64,000 bases of DNA from Candidatus Omnitrophota bacterium (GTDB taxonomy: Bacteria; Omnitrophota; Gorgyraeia; Ghiorseimicrobiales; Ghiorseimicrobiaceae). Of this stretch, positions 34,798 through 43,421 are shown piece after piece. The position numbers and the translations under genes are program-made. The first letter of the stretch is position 1, and every line of letters starts with the position of its first letter. Where the stretch lies: the NCBI GenBank assembly GCA_030681595.1, contig JAUXSB010000037.1:133708-197707 (forward strand). Direction: 5' to 3'. The notes beneath the pieces are model-generated. The model did no database searches. It was given only the letters and a program-made list of their open reading frames with translations, and was not told the origin of the DNA.

Positions 34798-36129
34798 TTA
34801 TAGATTTCTTAAAAAGCTTGGGATACCAGCAGCCTCTTTTGGCCCGACCACTACTTTAAATCCGCTTTTTTCTTCTAAATCCCCGCTCATTACCGCAACA
34901 TAGCCGGGAATAATAATCTGTTTATGGTTTACTTTTTGCGGAATTTCAAATTTATTTATGGATTCGCTGATTTTTTCCGGAGTAAATTTTTCCGCTGCCC
35001 AGGCTGTCAAAACCGACATCCCCTCCGTGTCAACGCTTACTAAGTAAGACGGGATTTTGCTTGCTTCTAGTTCACTTAGGACAGTATAATAAGTAAGGGA
35101 AAAATTAGTTGTAATTAGAACCGGTGAATTAACGCTTACTTGCCCTATCGGGTATGCCTTGGGTTCAACTTGCAGCGGTTTCTGCGGGTCGGTATAGATA
35201 TTTTGACGTAATGTAAGAAGCGGAAGTATCTCTTCCGGCGCAAAACCTTCCAATAGAACTATTGCCGAATATTTTAACACATAAATACCCGCTTCAATTA
35301 TCTGTTCGTAATTATCCTTATTTTTCACTACGCTAATAGCCGGATATCCAAAGGGGCGAAAGTTTTTCTTCAGCGCAAGCCGCCTGATTTGAGTTAAGTC
35401 CCAGATTTTTTCATTTATAGGCTTATCGGATGTATCCAGGAGGAGCTCGCTCGCTCCTTCGGAACTAACCGCGCCAGAGAGCTCTGAAAGTTTTTCCAGG
35501 TTTTCTTCTTTTATGGCTAAGGGCAAAGAGAATTCTTTAGCGATTTTAGCTAATTCTTTATAGTTATTTTTATCAGCGGCATAGACGAGAGGCTTGCGGT
35601 TTGCGGTAAGTTGCGCGGCAGGCCTGATGCTTTCGGCGTCGCTTGAATACAAAACCAAACCCAGCTTAGTTAATTCGGAAACTTTTTTTACCGCGTTTAT
35701 GAATTTGGCCTTATCTGCGGATACCTGTTTTATGGCGATAAGGTTAACCGAAATATTCTGCCCGATGCGTTCAAAATGCAGCTTATTTATTTGAGAGATA
35801 CGGTTTGAAAGCTCCGCGTCCGAAAGACTATCCTCTAAAATAATGCCGATACCCGCCGGCCGGAAGAATTTTTCTTCGTGCCTAAAAAGCACGTTCTCAT
35901 TACCGATTTCTAATTTGTTCTCTCCAGCGCCTACGGTAACAAGTTTTATCGGCGGCTGGGCTGAGCTTTCCAGGAGAACCTTGGCTTCTTTGGTAATCTC
36001 AAGGCACTTAGTGAGCTCCACGGCTTTTTTGGCTAATTGCATCGCGAAAGCAAGGCAAGTGGGGAACCCGCATTTACGGCAATTGGTTTTGGGCAAAAGT
36101 TTATAAATATCCAATCCGGAAAGCGCCAT
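34798..36129 (-). CDS. acsC: Corrinoid iron-sulfur protein large (gamma) subunit
   Basis: N-terminal [4Fe-4S] motif CRKCGFPTCLAFA, a TIM barrel and a C-terminal corrinoid-binding Rossmann domain. 443 aa. Confidence 0.8.
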   Translation of the reverse strand: MALSGLDIYKLLPKTNCRKCGFPTCLAFAMQLAKKAVELTKCLEITKEAKVLLESSAQPPIKLVTVGAGENKLEIGNENVLFRHEEKFFRPAGIGIILEDSLSDAELSNRISQINKLHFERIGQNISVNLIAIKQVSADKAKFINAVKKVSELTKLGLVLYSSDAESIRPAAQLTANRKPLVYAADKNNYKELAKIAKEFSLPLAIKEENLEKLSELSGAVSSEGASELLLDTSDKPINEKIWDLTQIRRLALKKNFRPFGYPAISVVKNKDNYEQIIEAGIYVLKYSAIVLLEGFAPEEILPLLTLRQNIYTDPQKPLQVEPKAYPIGQVSVNSPVLITTNFSLTYYTVLSELEASKIPSYLVSVDTEGMSVLTAWAAEKFTPEKISESINKFEIPQKVNHKQIIIPGYVAVMSGDLEEKSGFKVVVGPKEAAGIPSFLRNL

Positions 36130-36212
36130 GTAAAAATCCTCCTCTGATTATATTACAAGAAACTTCGTCCCGCCAAAGGCGGGATTCAGAACTTTCCTTA
36201 CGAAGTTTCAGT

Positions 36213-36243
36213 GGTTGGGAAAGTATTTTATACTTTCCCAACC
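36213..36243. repeat. Perfect 14-bp inverted repeat GGTTGGGAAAGTAT-TTT-ATACTTTCCCAACC
   Basis: Overlaps the stop codon of the FwdE-like gene, about 85 nt upstream of the acsC start. No T-tract on either strand. Confidence 0.6.
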
Positions 36244-36644
36244 ATAAAAAATTTATCGGGTTGTTGTCGGTATATTTTTTTAGCTAATTTTTCGCAGGCC
36301 GAATGCCCGTCAGTTGATTCCAGCGTTTTAAGTATCTCATCGCGTAAGCGTACTCTAATTTTTTTATTGGTTTTACTACTTATAAAATTAACGAAAATAT
36401 CTTTTGATTTTAAAATCTTGATGTTACCTTTCCCTAAAGTGCAGCCTGTGGATAATTGCAGGCCGTCGATAAGGCAGGAGCGCGGCTTTTTGTGTAGGCC
36501 GCTTATTTCGGCCTCTAAGCCAAAGTATTTATCAGCGCTTATCTTTTTTAAGCCGTATTCCCCCATTAATAAGCCTAACACCAGCCATGGTCCCAGATGG
36601 CCGTGAAATCGTATTCCTTCTGTTAAGCTTATTTTGTTCTTCAT
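36228..36644 (-). CDS. FmdE/FwdE-family protein
   Basis: FHGHLGPWLVLG matches the FwdE-domain signature. 138 aa. Confidence 0.55.
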   Translation of the reverse strand: MKNKISLTEGIRFHGHLGPWLVLGLLMGEYGLKKISADKYFGLEAEISGLHKKPRSCLIDGLQLSTGCTLGKGNIKILKSKDIFVNFISSKTNKKIRVRLRDEILKTLESTDGHSACEKLAKKIYRQQPDKFFMVGKV

Positions 36645-37321
36645 TAGCGGTTAATCAGGTTAGCAAGGTACCCTGCGCCGAATCCATTGTCAATATTTAC
36701 TACTGCTATACCCGGAGAGCAGCTGTTTAACATGGTTAAGAGGGCCGAAATTCCTTTAAAACTTGCTCCGTAACCAACGCTGGTAGGGACGGCGATTACC
36801 GGGCATTTAACCATACCGCTGACAATACTCGCCAGCGCCCCTTCCATCCCCGCTACAACTACAATTACCGAAGCTTGCCCTAAGAGTTTATTGTGATACA
36901 GCAGGCGGTGTATTCCGGCAACGCCGGCATCGTAAATGCGCGTGACCGGGCTGCCTAAGATTTCGCAGGTTAAAGCGGCTTCTTCGGCAACACCTAAATC
37001 GGCCGTGCCCGCGCTAGCGACTAAAACCAACCCTTTTTTTAATATTTTTTCTTTATCTTGGCAGAGATATGCGAGCTTTGCCGGAGGGCTGTATTTAAGC
37101 CTGGGGTAGGATTTTTTAAGATATGAGTATATATCTTTTTCTATGCGGGTTAAAATCAGGTCATGTTTTTGGCCTAAGATAACCCGCGCAATATCCTTAA
37201 TTTGTTTTTTTGTTTTCCCGGGGCAATATACGGCTTCAGGGTAACCGCGCCTCTTTTTCCTGTCTATATCAACTTTTGCAAACCCCAGCTCACGGTATCC
37301 TTTATTATACTTCATTCTCAA
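36644..37321 (-). CDS. larB: LarB-like (PurE-like AIR-carboxylase fold; nickel-pincer cofactor biosynthesis) protein
   Basis: N-terminal DIDRKKRRGYPEAVYCPGKT matches the LarB N-domain. C-terminal PurE-like domain (VAGMEGALASIVSG...VIAVPTSVGYG). Confidence 0.55.
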   Translation of the reverse strand: MRMKYNKGYRELGFAKVDIDRKKRRGYPEAVYCPGKTKKQIKDIARVILGQKHDLILTRIEKDIYSYLKKSYPRLKYSPPAKLAYLCQDKEKILKKGLVLVASAGTADLGVAEEAALTCEILGSPVTRIYDAGVAGIHRLLYHNKLLGQASVIVVVAGMEGALASIVSGMVKCPVIAVPTSVGYGASFKGISALLTMLNSCSPGIAVVNIDNGFGAGYLANLINR

Positions 37322-37343
37322 TGAACATATAAAAAAACAATAT

Positions 37344-37646
37344 TTATTTTAAAATTAACCAAAGCATAAAAGCAATCAAGGCAAAAGAAGCTATATAGAA
37401 ATCATTAAAGTATATAAAATCGGCTATTCTTTCGGGAAACGAATATTTTATATGCTTAACCCGGGTTTTGAATTCAATATGTTCCAGTTGTTTTATATGG
37501 TTAATCTGGTCTCTTCTAAATCTTAGGTGGGTACCGGCAATTTTATAGGCGGGTATTGCTCCCTGTTCGGCAAGTTCAATTAGTTCTTGCTCGGAAACAT
37601 CTAAAATTTGCGCTACTTCCCTTACGGTTAAAAGCTTATGCGTCAC
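37344..37646 (-). CDS. HTH_17 (excisionase/MerR-like) DNA-binding protein with C-terminal TM helix
   Basis: LTVREVAQILDVSEQELIELAEQGAIPAYKIAGTHLRFRRDQI is an HTH_17 motif. Hydrophobic C-terminus. Confidence 0.5.
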   Translation of the reverse strand: MTHKLLTVREVAQILDVSEQELIELAEQGAIPAYKIAGTHLRFRRDQINHIKQLEHIEFKTRVKHIKYSFPERIADFIYFNDFYIASFALIAFMLWLILK

Positions 37647-37658
37647 TCTTTAGCCTCT

Positions 37659-38168
37659 TTATTTTATAGCTCCGCTGGCGACCCATTCATCAATTTTAGT
37701 ACGCTCAAATTTCCATCGCTCGCCGTCTTTATAGGCGGGAACTTTACCGGAATTTGCCCAGTCTACAACAGAATTAATGTCAACTTCTAAATACCGGGCT
37801 AAATCTTCTACGCTTAAGATGTCTTCAAGCATATGGCAGTTCCCTTCAAATTTAGCGCCTTCGGATATTGAAAGTTTTGGAGTTTTAATCGTACCTTCAA
37901 CGAGCGCTGGAGCAAGAAGGGTAATTTTTTCTTTTGCTAGGATTTCGCCTTTTACATGGCCGGAAATGGTAATAGAGTCGCCGATGATGCGGGCATTGAC
38001 TGAGGCGGTATCGCTAATCGTCAGGCTCCCCCTTGTTTCAAGCACGCCTTCAAACTTTCCATTAATACGCAGGTTAACCGGGTCTTTAAAGCAAAGAGAG
38101 CCTTGCATACTTGCGTCTACATCAAGGACTTTTTCTTCCGTGCCGTGCCTCTTGTCTCTTAGTGCCAT
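37659..38168 (-). CDS. Bactofilin-domain protein fused to a C-terminal HTH_17 domain
   Basis: Beta-helical bactofilin repeats (GSLTISDTASVNARIIGDSITISGHVKGEIL...) followed by DLARYLEVDINSVVDWANSGKVPAYKDGERWKF. The ORF track starts at a GTG at 38177. The ATG at 38168 has a GGGAGG RBS 8 nt upstream. Confidence 0.55.
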   Translation of the reverse strand: MALRDKRHGTEEKVLDVDASMQGSLCFKDPVNLRINGKFEGVLETRGSLTISDTASVNARIIGDSITISGHVKGEILAKEKITLLAPALVEGTIKTPKLSISEGAKFEGNCHMLEDILSVEDLARYLEVDINSVVDWANSGKVPAYKDGERWKFERTKIDEWVASGAIK

Positions 38169-38231
38169 AAAGTTCACCTCCCTTTAATGACGGTGCAACT
38201 TAGACGTACTACGTATCCACAGGTTAAATAT

Positions 38232-38666
38232 TTATTTATTTTTGGTAATCAAATGCTCTACACGGCGCAGAATAAGTAACACCATCAATACTAATATGGT
38301 AGTTACATATCCGGCATACAAAAAGCCGCACCCTATGCATAAGCCTATAGCCGAAACTATCCAAATACTGGCAGCCGTAGTTAAGCCTTTAATCCCCTCG
38401 TTATCTTTTATGATTGCCCCTGCTCCGATAAATCCGATTCCCGTCACAACGCCCGCGGCAATACGGCCCGGATCAAGGTTACCTATAGCTTTATATATAT
38501 CAAAAATATATATGGATGTCAACATAATCAATGTCGAACCAAGACAGACTAGTATGTGCGTACGCAAGCCGGCTACCCTGCGCTGGATTTCTCTTTCTAG
38601 GCCGATTAATCCGCCTAAAACTACAGAGGTCAATAGACGAAGAAGCACATCACTTTGTGATAGCAT
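38232..38666 (-). CDS. MgtC/SapB-family membrane protein
   Basis: 144 aa, 4-5 TM helices, MgtC-family N-terminal motif (LGGLIGLEREI). Confidence 0.7.
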   Translation of the reverse strand: MLSQSDVLLRLLTSVVLGGLIGLEREIQRRVAGLRTHILVCLGSTLIMLTSIYIFDIYKAIGNLDPGRIAAGVVTGIGFIGAGAIIKDNEGIKGLTTAASIWIVSAIGLCIGCGFLYAGYVTTILVLMVLLILRRVEHLITKNK

Positions 38667-38819
38667 ACACCCTCCTTAATGAGCCCACAACTTACAGAAG
38701 CGAAGTTGATGTAAGTTGTTTGGGCGAATTGATCCCGCCGAATGTATGGAAATTATCGTAGAAAATTTCCATACATATTATGAGGCGAGATAGATAAAAA
38801 TTACAGTCAAATATGCGAT

Positions 38820-39851
38820 TTAGCTTGGCTTTGTATTTAAGGTTAAATTAGAAATAGCCCCTTTTTTATACAGCTGATAACCTAAGCCGGCAACCATAGC
38901 GGCATTATCCAAACAATATTTTGCTTCTGCTAAATAAACATTTATGCCGTATTCTGAAGATGCGTTATTTAATTTTTGCCTGAGCCGTTTATTGCAGGCA
39001 ACCCCTCCGCCTACAACCAGCGATTTTACCTTTTTCATTAAACAGGCAAGCATTGATTTTTTGGCGATATCGTCAAAAACCGCTTCCTGAAAAGCATAAG
39101 CGATGTTTGCTTTTTCTTGATACTTGATACTTGCCTGTCCCGAAACATTCGGGGATACTTGATACTTAACTTTATACATGACCGCTGTCTTTATGCCGCT
39201 GAAACTGAAATTTAATTTTTTTTCTAAATTCCCGCAGAGAAACTTTATTTTACTCGGCTCACCGAATGCGGCAAGCCGCTCAATTAACGGCCCTCCGGGG
39301 TAACCTAAGCCTAAAATTTTTGCCACTTTATCAAATGCTTCGCCTGCGGCATCGTCTACAGTCCGGCCCAAAAGGGTAAAATTAGCAAAATTTTTGACTA
39401 AAAATAAACTCGTATGCCCACCGGAGACAACCAGCCCAATAAAAGGAAAAGGTATTTTTTGTAAAAATAAGGGCGCATAAAGATGGGCTTTAATATGATC
39501 AACGCCTATTAAAGGTAAATTATGCGCAAAACTTATGGCTTTGGCAAATGACAAGCCTACCAAAAGGGATCCATTTAGCCCCGGGCCATAAATAACTGAA
39601 ATTACGCCGAGATCGGATATTTTAACCTTTGCTTTTTTAAGCGCTTCCTTGGCTAGAGGATAAATAAACTCTAGATGTGCCCGTGAGGCTATTTCAGGGA
39701 TAACCCCGCCATATTTTCTATGCAATGAAAGGCTTGAAGAAACCAGATTAGAAAGAACGTTTTTGCCGTTTTCGACTATCGCTATCGAAGTTTCGTCACA
39801 GGATGTTTCAACGCCTAATACTAACATATTAATCAGCCAATTCTGAAACAA
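38820..39851 (-). CDS. tsaD: tRNA N6-threonylcarbamoyladenosine synthase TsaD
   Basis: LGVETSCDETSIAIV N-terminus and Kae1/TsaD ASKHA fold. Confidence 0.85.
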   Translation of the reverse strand: MFQNWLINMLVLGVETSCDETSIAIVENGKNVLSNLVSSSLSLHRKYGGVIPEIASRAHLEFIYPLAKEALKKAKVKISDLGVISVIYGPGLNGSLLVGLSFAKAISFAHNLPLIGVDHIKAHLYAPLFLQKIPFPFIGLVVSGGHTSLFLVKNFANFTLLGRTVDDAAGEAFDKVAKILGLGYPGGPLIERLAAFGEPSKIKFLCGNLEKKLNFSFSGIKTAVMYKVKYQVSPNVSGQASIKYQEKANIAYAFQEAVFDDIAKKSMLACLMKKVKSLVVGGGVACNKRLRQKLNNASSEYGINVYLAEAKYCLDNAAMVAGLGYQLYKKGAISNLTLNTKPS

Positions 39852-40638
39852 AAACGAATTTTACGCCTTCGGCCTTCTCGATTTCGGGCATTAACCTTTT
39901 TAAGGCCGCTAAAGTCGGCCTGCGGTCGTGCCCTATCCCTATAGCAGAACCACTTAGCTTTGCTTTGCGAACTAATAGGCGTATTTGTTGTTCAATATAT
40001 GCTTCATCAAGGATATTATCTATGAATACGGAGCGCCAAGCAAAGTTGACTCCTATAGTTTTCGCTATAGTTTTGCATACAGATTTACTGGTCATGCTGT
40101 CTAAAAAAAACAGCTTTTTCTTTTTAATCTCCTCGAAGATTATCCTTATCGCGGCCTCATCTTGTGTTAATTTTGACCCCATGTGGTTAGAGACGCCGGA
40201 GGCATAAGATAAATTTATCAAGCCCTTATTTAAAATAGCAATAATTTTGTCCTTGCTCATTCCCGACATAACCGTATCCTGCTCTAAGCGGACTTTTTCT
40301 GATGCCTGCGGCTCCATTGGTAAATGCAGTATGATTTCTTTATTTAACCGATGCGCCTCAACGGATACTTCGTTAGAGTAGGTTAGGTTAGGCAGTACGG
40401 CTACAGTCAGAGGGTAACTTATCTCTTTAAGTATGCTTAAGTTATTAAGGTTATATCCCCAGTCATCCAAGACAATGGCAATTCTAGCTAAGCGAACAGG
40501 CACTTTAGTTTTTTCGGTTGTTTTTATTTTAGGCTTAGGGAGGGGGGCGTGGGCGCGTTCCTTTTTTATGAAACTGAGTATTATCAGGAATTGGGTAATT
40601 ATAATAAGGCAAAACAGGAAAATAACCTTGTTCTTCAT
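39829..40638 (-). CDS. Divergent polysaccharide deacetylase (YibQ-like, PF04748)
   Basis: N-terminal TM anchor. IAIVLDDWGYN...HLPMEP motifs typical of the family. Confidence 0.55.
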   Translation of the reverse strand: MKNKVIFLFCLIIITQFLIILSFIKKERAHAPLPKPKIKTTEKTKVPVRLARIAIVLDDWGYNLNNLSILKEISYPLTVAVLPNLTYSNEVSVEAHRLNKEIILHLPMEPQASEKVRLEQDTVMSGMSKDKIIAILNKGLINLSYASGVSNHMGSKLTQDEAAIRIIFEEIKKKKLFFLDSMTSKSVCKTIAKTIGVNFAWRSVFIDNILDEAYIEQQIRLLVRKAKLSGSAIGIGHDRRPTLAALKRLMPEIEKAEGVKFVFVSELAD

Positions 40639-40640
40639 AT

Positions 40641-41927
40641 CTATTTTTTCGCCTGCCCGTAGGCAAGGATTCCTTTTAGAATGCTTACCGCAGATACAAT
40701 TTGAAAGTCTTTTTTATAGGTTTCATCTTTTTTAGGCTCGCCCTTAGGCTCGGAATCTATCTTTTCAAAAACCTCATCGGTAATAACCGCCTCTTCTTTT
40801 TTCTTTTCTAACTCACCCGGCGCGCCGGGTATATCTATTTGTTCTATCGTAACATCAGGCACAATGCCGGAATTATGTATTGAGCGGCCGGAAGGCGTAA
40901 AATATTTGCTGGTAGTAAGCTTGATCGCTGAGCCGTCAGAAAGAGGTATTAGTGTCTGAACGGAACCTTTACCGAATGATTTTGTGCCGACCAGCAAGGC
41001 GCGCTTGTAATCCTGGAGGCAGCCTGCTAGAATCTCGCTGCCGGAAGCGCTGCCTTCATTTATCAGAACCACTATCGGTATATCCAAAATCGGAGAATTA
41101 TCTTTGGATTTAAATTCTATTTTATTTTTAGCATCCCTTCCTTGGGTCCAAACAACAATTTTGTTTTTCTCAATAAATTTTTCGCTAACATCTACGGCCA
41201 CGGTAAGAAGCCCTCCGGGGTTATTGCGCAAGTCAATAATCAGCGCTTGCATTTTTTCTTTCTTTAGATTTTCCAGCGTTTTAGCCAGTTCGCTTTTGGT
41301 GTCTTCCCTAAATTCTGACAGGCGGATATAGGCAATGCCGTCCTCTAATATCCGCGCTTCTTTTATGTCTTTTATTTTAATGATATCGCGCTTAATGGTG
41401 AAATCTAATAATTTGCTTTCTTTTTCACGTAAAACCGTGATTGTGACTTCAGTCCCGGGTTTTCCGCGCATTTTTTTGACAGCATCGGTGAGCGAGAAAT
41501 TACGGGTAACTTCATTGTTTATTTTAACGATCCTGTCCTGGCTTTTTATGCCGGCCTTCCAAGCCGGCGTATCTTCAATGGGGGTTACTACCGTAATCAG
41601 GCCGTCTTTTAAGGTAATTTCTATGCCTAAACCGCCGAATTTTCCCTGGGTATCAACTTTCAGTTCATTGTAAGTTTCGGGGTCTAAAAACTGGCTGTGC
41701 GCGTCCAGGGAAGATAACATGCCTTTAAGGGCGCCGTAAACTAAATCCTTGTTTTGGATTTCTTCCGCGTAGTCATTTTTAATATACGTGAAAACATCGG
41801 CGAATATATCCAGCTGGTTATATACGTCGTCCCTATCTTTTTTCTCTTCTACGCCTTGAATATAACTGCTAAAACACAATAATCCAAACACCAAAATGAA
41901 AAAAACCGCAAAAACTTTTTTACGCAT
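40641..41927 (-). CDS. ctpA: Carboxyl-terminal processing protease (S41, PDZ-containing)
   Basis: Signal/TM N-terminus, PDZ domain, and S41 catalytic region (GSASGSEILAG...K). Confidence 0.85.
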   Translation of the reverse strand: MRKKVFAVFFILVFGLLCFSSYIQGVEEKKDRDDVYNQLDIFADVFTYIKNDYAEEIQNKDLVYGALKGMLSSLDAHSQFLDPETYNELKVDTQGKFGGLGIEITLKDGLITVVTPIEDTPAWKAGIKSQDRIVKINNEVTRNFSLTDAVKKMRGKPGTEVTITVLREKESKLLDFTIKRDIIKIKDIKEARILEDGIAYIRLSEFREDTKSELAKTLENLKKEKMQALIIDLRNNPGGLLTVAVDVSEKFIEKNKIVVWTQGRDAKNKIEFKSKDNSPILDIPIVVLINEGSASGSEILAGCLQDYKRALLVGTKSFGKGSVQTLIPLSDGSAIKLTTSKYFTPSGRSIHNSGIVPDVTIEQIDIPGAPGELEKKKEEAVITDEVFEKIDSEPKGEPKKDETYKKDFQIVSAVSILKGILAYGQAKK

Positions 41928-43353
41928 TTTTAATCCTTTCCTTGAGCATCTCCGTTACCATATTCGGATTAGCTTTTCCTTTAGTTTGTTTCATGGCTTG
42001 GCCGATTAAAAACATAAGCGCGTTGGCCTTTCCGTTTTTATAGTCCGTAACGCTTTTTTCGTTAACGTTGATTATTTGCGTGATTATTTGTTCTAATTCT
42101 CCGGAGTCTGAAATCTGGGATAAATTTTTTTCGCTAATGATTAGGTCAGGGGATTTTTGGGTTTCAAACATTTCGCTCAAGACGGTTTTTGCCGTCAGGC
42201 TATTAATCTTTCCCGTATCCGCCAGATTTAATAAAAGCGTAAATTTCTCAGGGGTAATTGGAATGTCTTTCGGTTCTATGCTCCTATTGTTTATTTCGGA
42301 AAGAAACGCCCCGATTATCCAGTTGGACAGATTTTTATAGTTTTTATATCCCCGGGAGCATTTTTCAAAAAAATCCGCGAGGGATTTATCCGAGGTTAAA
42401 ATATTTGCTTCGTAGGGAGCTAAGCTAAATTCTTTAACGAAGCGTAAAAGCTTCTCCTGAGGCAGTTCGGGGATGGTTTCTTTTATTATTTTTATATCTG
42501 CGCTTTTAAAAATAAAAGGAACCAGGTCGGGCTCCGGAAAATAGCGGTAGTCATGCGCCTCTTCTTTGCTGCGCATAACGGCGGTTTTCTGTTTTTTTTC
42601 ATCCCAGAGCAGGGTTTGTTGCGTGACCTTGCCGCCCGCTTCTAAAATAGCGAGCTGCCTTTTTATTTCATATTCAAGGCCGGATTTTACCGCTTTAAAG
42701 GAATTCATGTTTTTTAATTCGGTTTTTACTCCCAGTTTTTTTTCGCCGCATGGACGCAGAGATATATTAGCATCGCACCGTAAGCTTCCTTTTTCCATAT
42801 CGCAGTCGGAAACATCCAGATACCTGATTATTGATTTTAGTGTAGTAAGGTATTGATATGCTTCGTCAGGTGAATTTAGTTCGGGTTCGCTTACAATTTC
42901 TAAAAGCGGAATCCCGGCGCGGTTATAGTCAACATAGCTGGCACTACTATCAGTTCCTTCATGTATCAATTTACCGGCGTCTTCTTCTAAATGGACGCGT
43001 TTAATGGTTATTCTTTTTGTGCCGTTTTCTATCGCGATATCTAAGTAGCCGGACTGTGCCAATGGTTGGTCATATTGAGAAATCTGATAATTTTTTGGCA
43101 GGTCCGGGTAGAAATAATTCTTACGGTCAAATTTTGTATATTCCGGTATTTTACAGTTTAAGGCAACTCCGACTTTGATCCCGTATTCCAAAACAGTTTT
43201 ATTTAAAACCGGCAGGCTTCCCGGAAAGCCAAGGCATACCGGGCAGACTTGGGAATTTGGCAGGCGCCCGAATTCAGTAGAACATCCGCAGAATGCCTTG
43301 GTTTTTGTTTTTAATTGTACGTGGACTTCTAATCCGATTACTGTTTCAAGCAT
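41920..43353 (-). CDS. gatB: Asp/Glu-tRNA amidotransferase subunit B
   Basis: GatB N-terminal (GLEVHVQL) and C-terminal YqeY-like domains. 477 aa. Confidence 0.9.
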   Translation of the reverse strand: MLETVIGLEVHVQLKTKTKAFCGCSTEFGRLPNSQVCPVCLGFPGSLPVLNKTVLEYGIKVGVALNCKIPEYTKFDRKNYFYPDLPKNYQISQYDQPLAQSGYLDIAIENGTKRITIKRVHLEEDAGKLIHEGTDSSASYVDYNRAGIPLLEIVSEPELNSPDEAYQYLTTLKSIIRYLDVSDCDMEKGSLRCDANISLRPCGEKKLGVKTELKNMNSFKAVKSGLEYEIKRQLAILEAGGKVTQQTLLWDEKKQKTAVMRSKEEAHDYRYFPEPDLVPFIFKSADIKIIKETIPELPQEKLLRFVKEFSLAPYEANILTSDKSLADFFEKCSRGYKNYKNLSNWIIGAFLSEINNRSIEPKDIPITPEKFTLLLNLADTGKINSLTAKTVLSEMFETQKSPDLIISEKNLSQISDSGELEQIITQIINVNEKSVTDYKNGKANALMFLIGQAMKQTKGKANPNMVTEMLKERIKNA

Positions 43354-43358
43354 ATTAT

Positions 43359-43402
43359 ATTGAGAAATGTAAAACTAACGGAACTTCTTCGCATACGAAA
43401 TT
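43359..43402. repeat. 44-nt repeated intergenic element ATTGAGAAATGTAAAACTAACGGAACTTCTTCGCATACGAAATT (copy 1, gatA-gatB spacer)
   Basis: A second copy at 45252-45295 matches about 39 of 44 bases. It contains the internal inverted repeat GTAAAACTA/TAGTTTTAC. The adjacent GCGTACCTCTATAA segment also recurs, at 45558-45571. Confidence 0.6.
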
Positions 43403-43421
43403 CCAGTAGTTTTACGTACCT

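Noticed and set aside
36213-36243. Rho-independent terminator between the FwdE-like gene and acsC
   Set aside because: There is a perfect 14-bp stem, but no U-tract follows on either strand and the stop codon sits in the loop. It is more likely a regulatory or stability hairpin than an intrinsic terminator.
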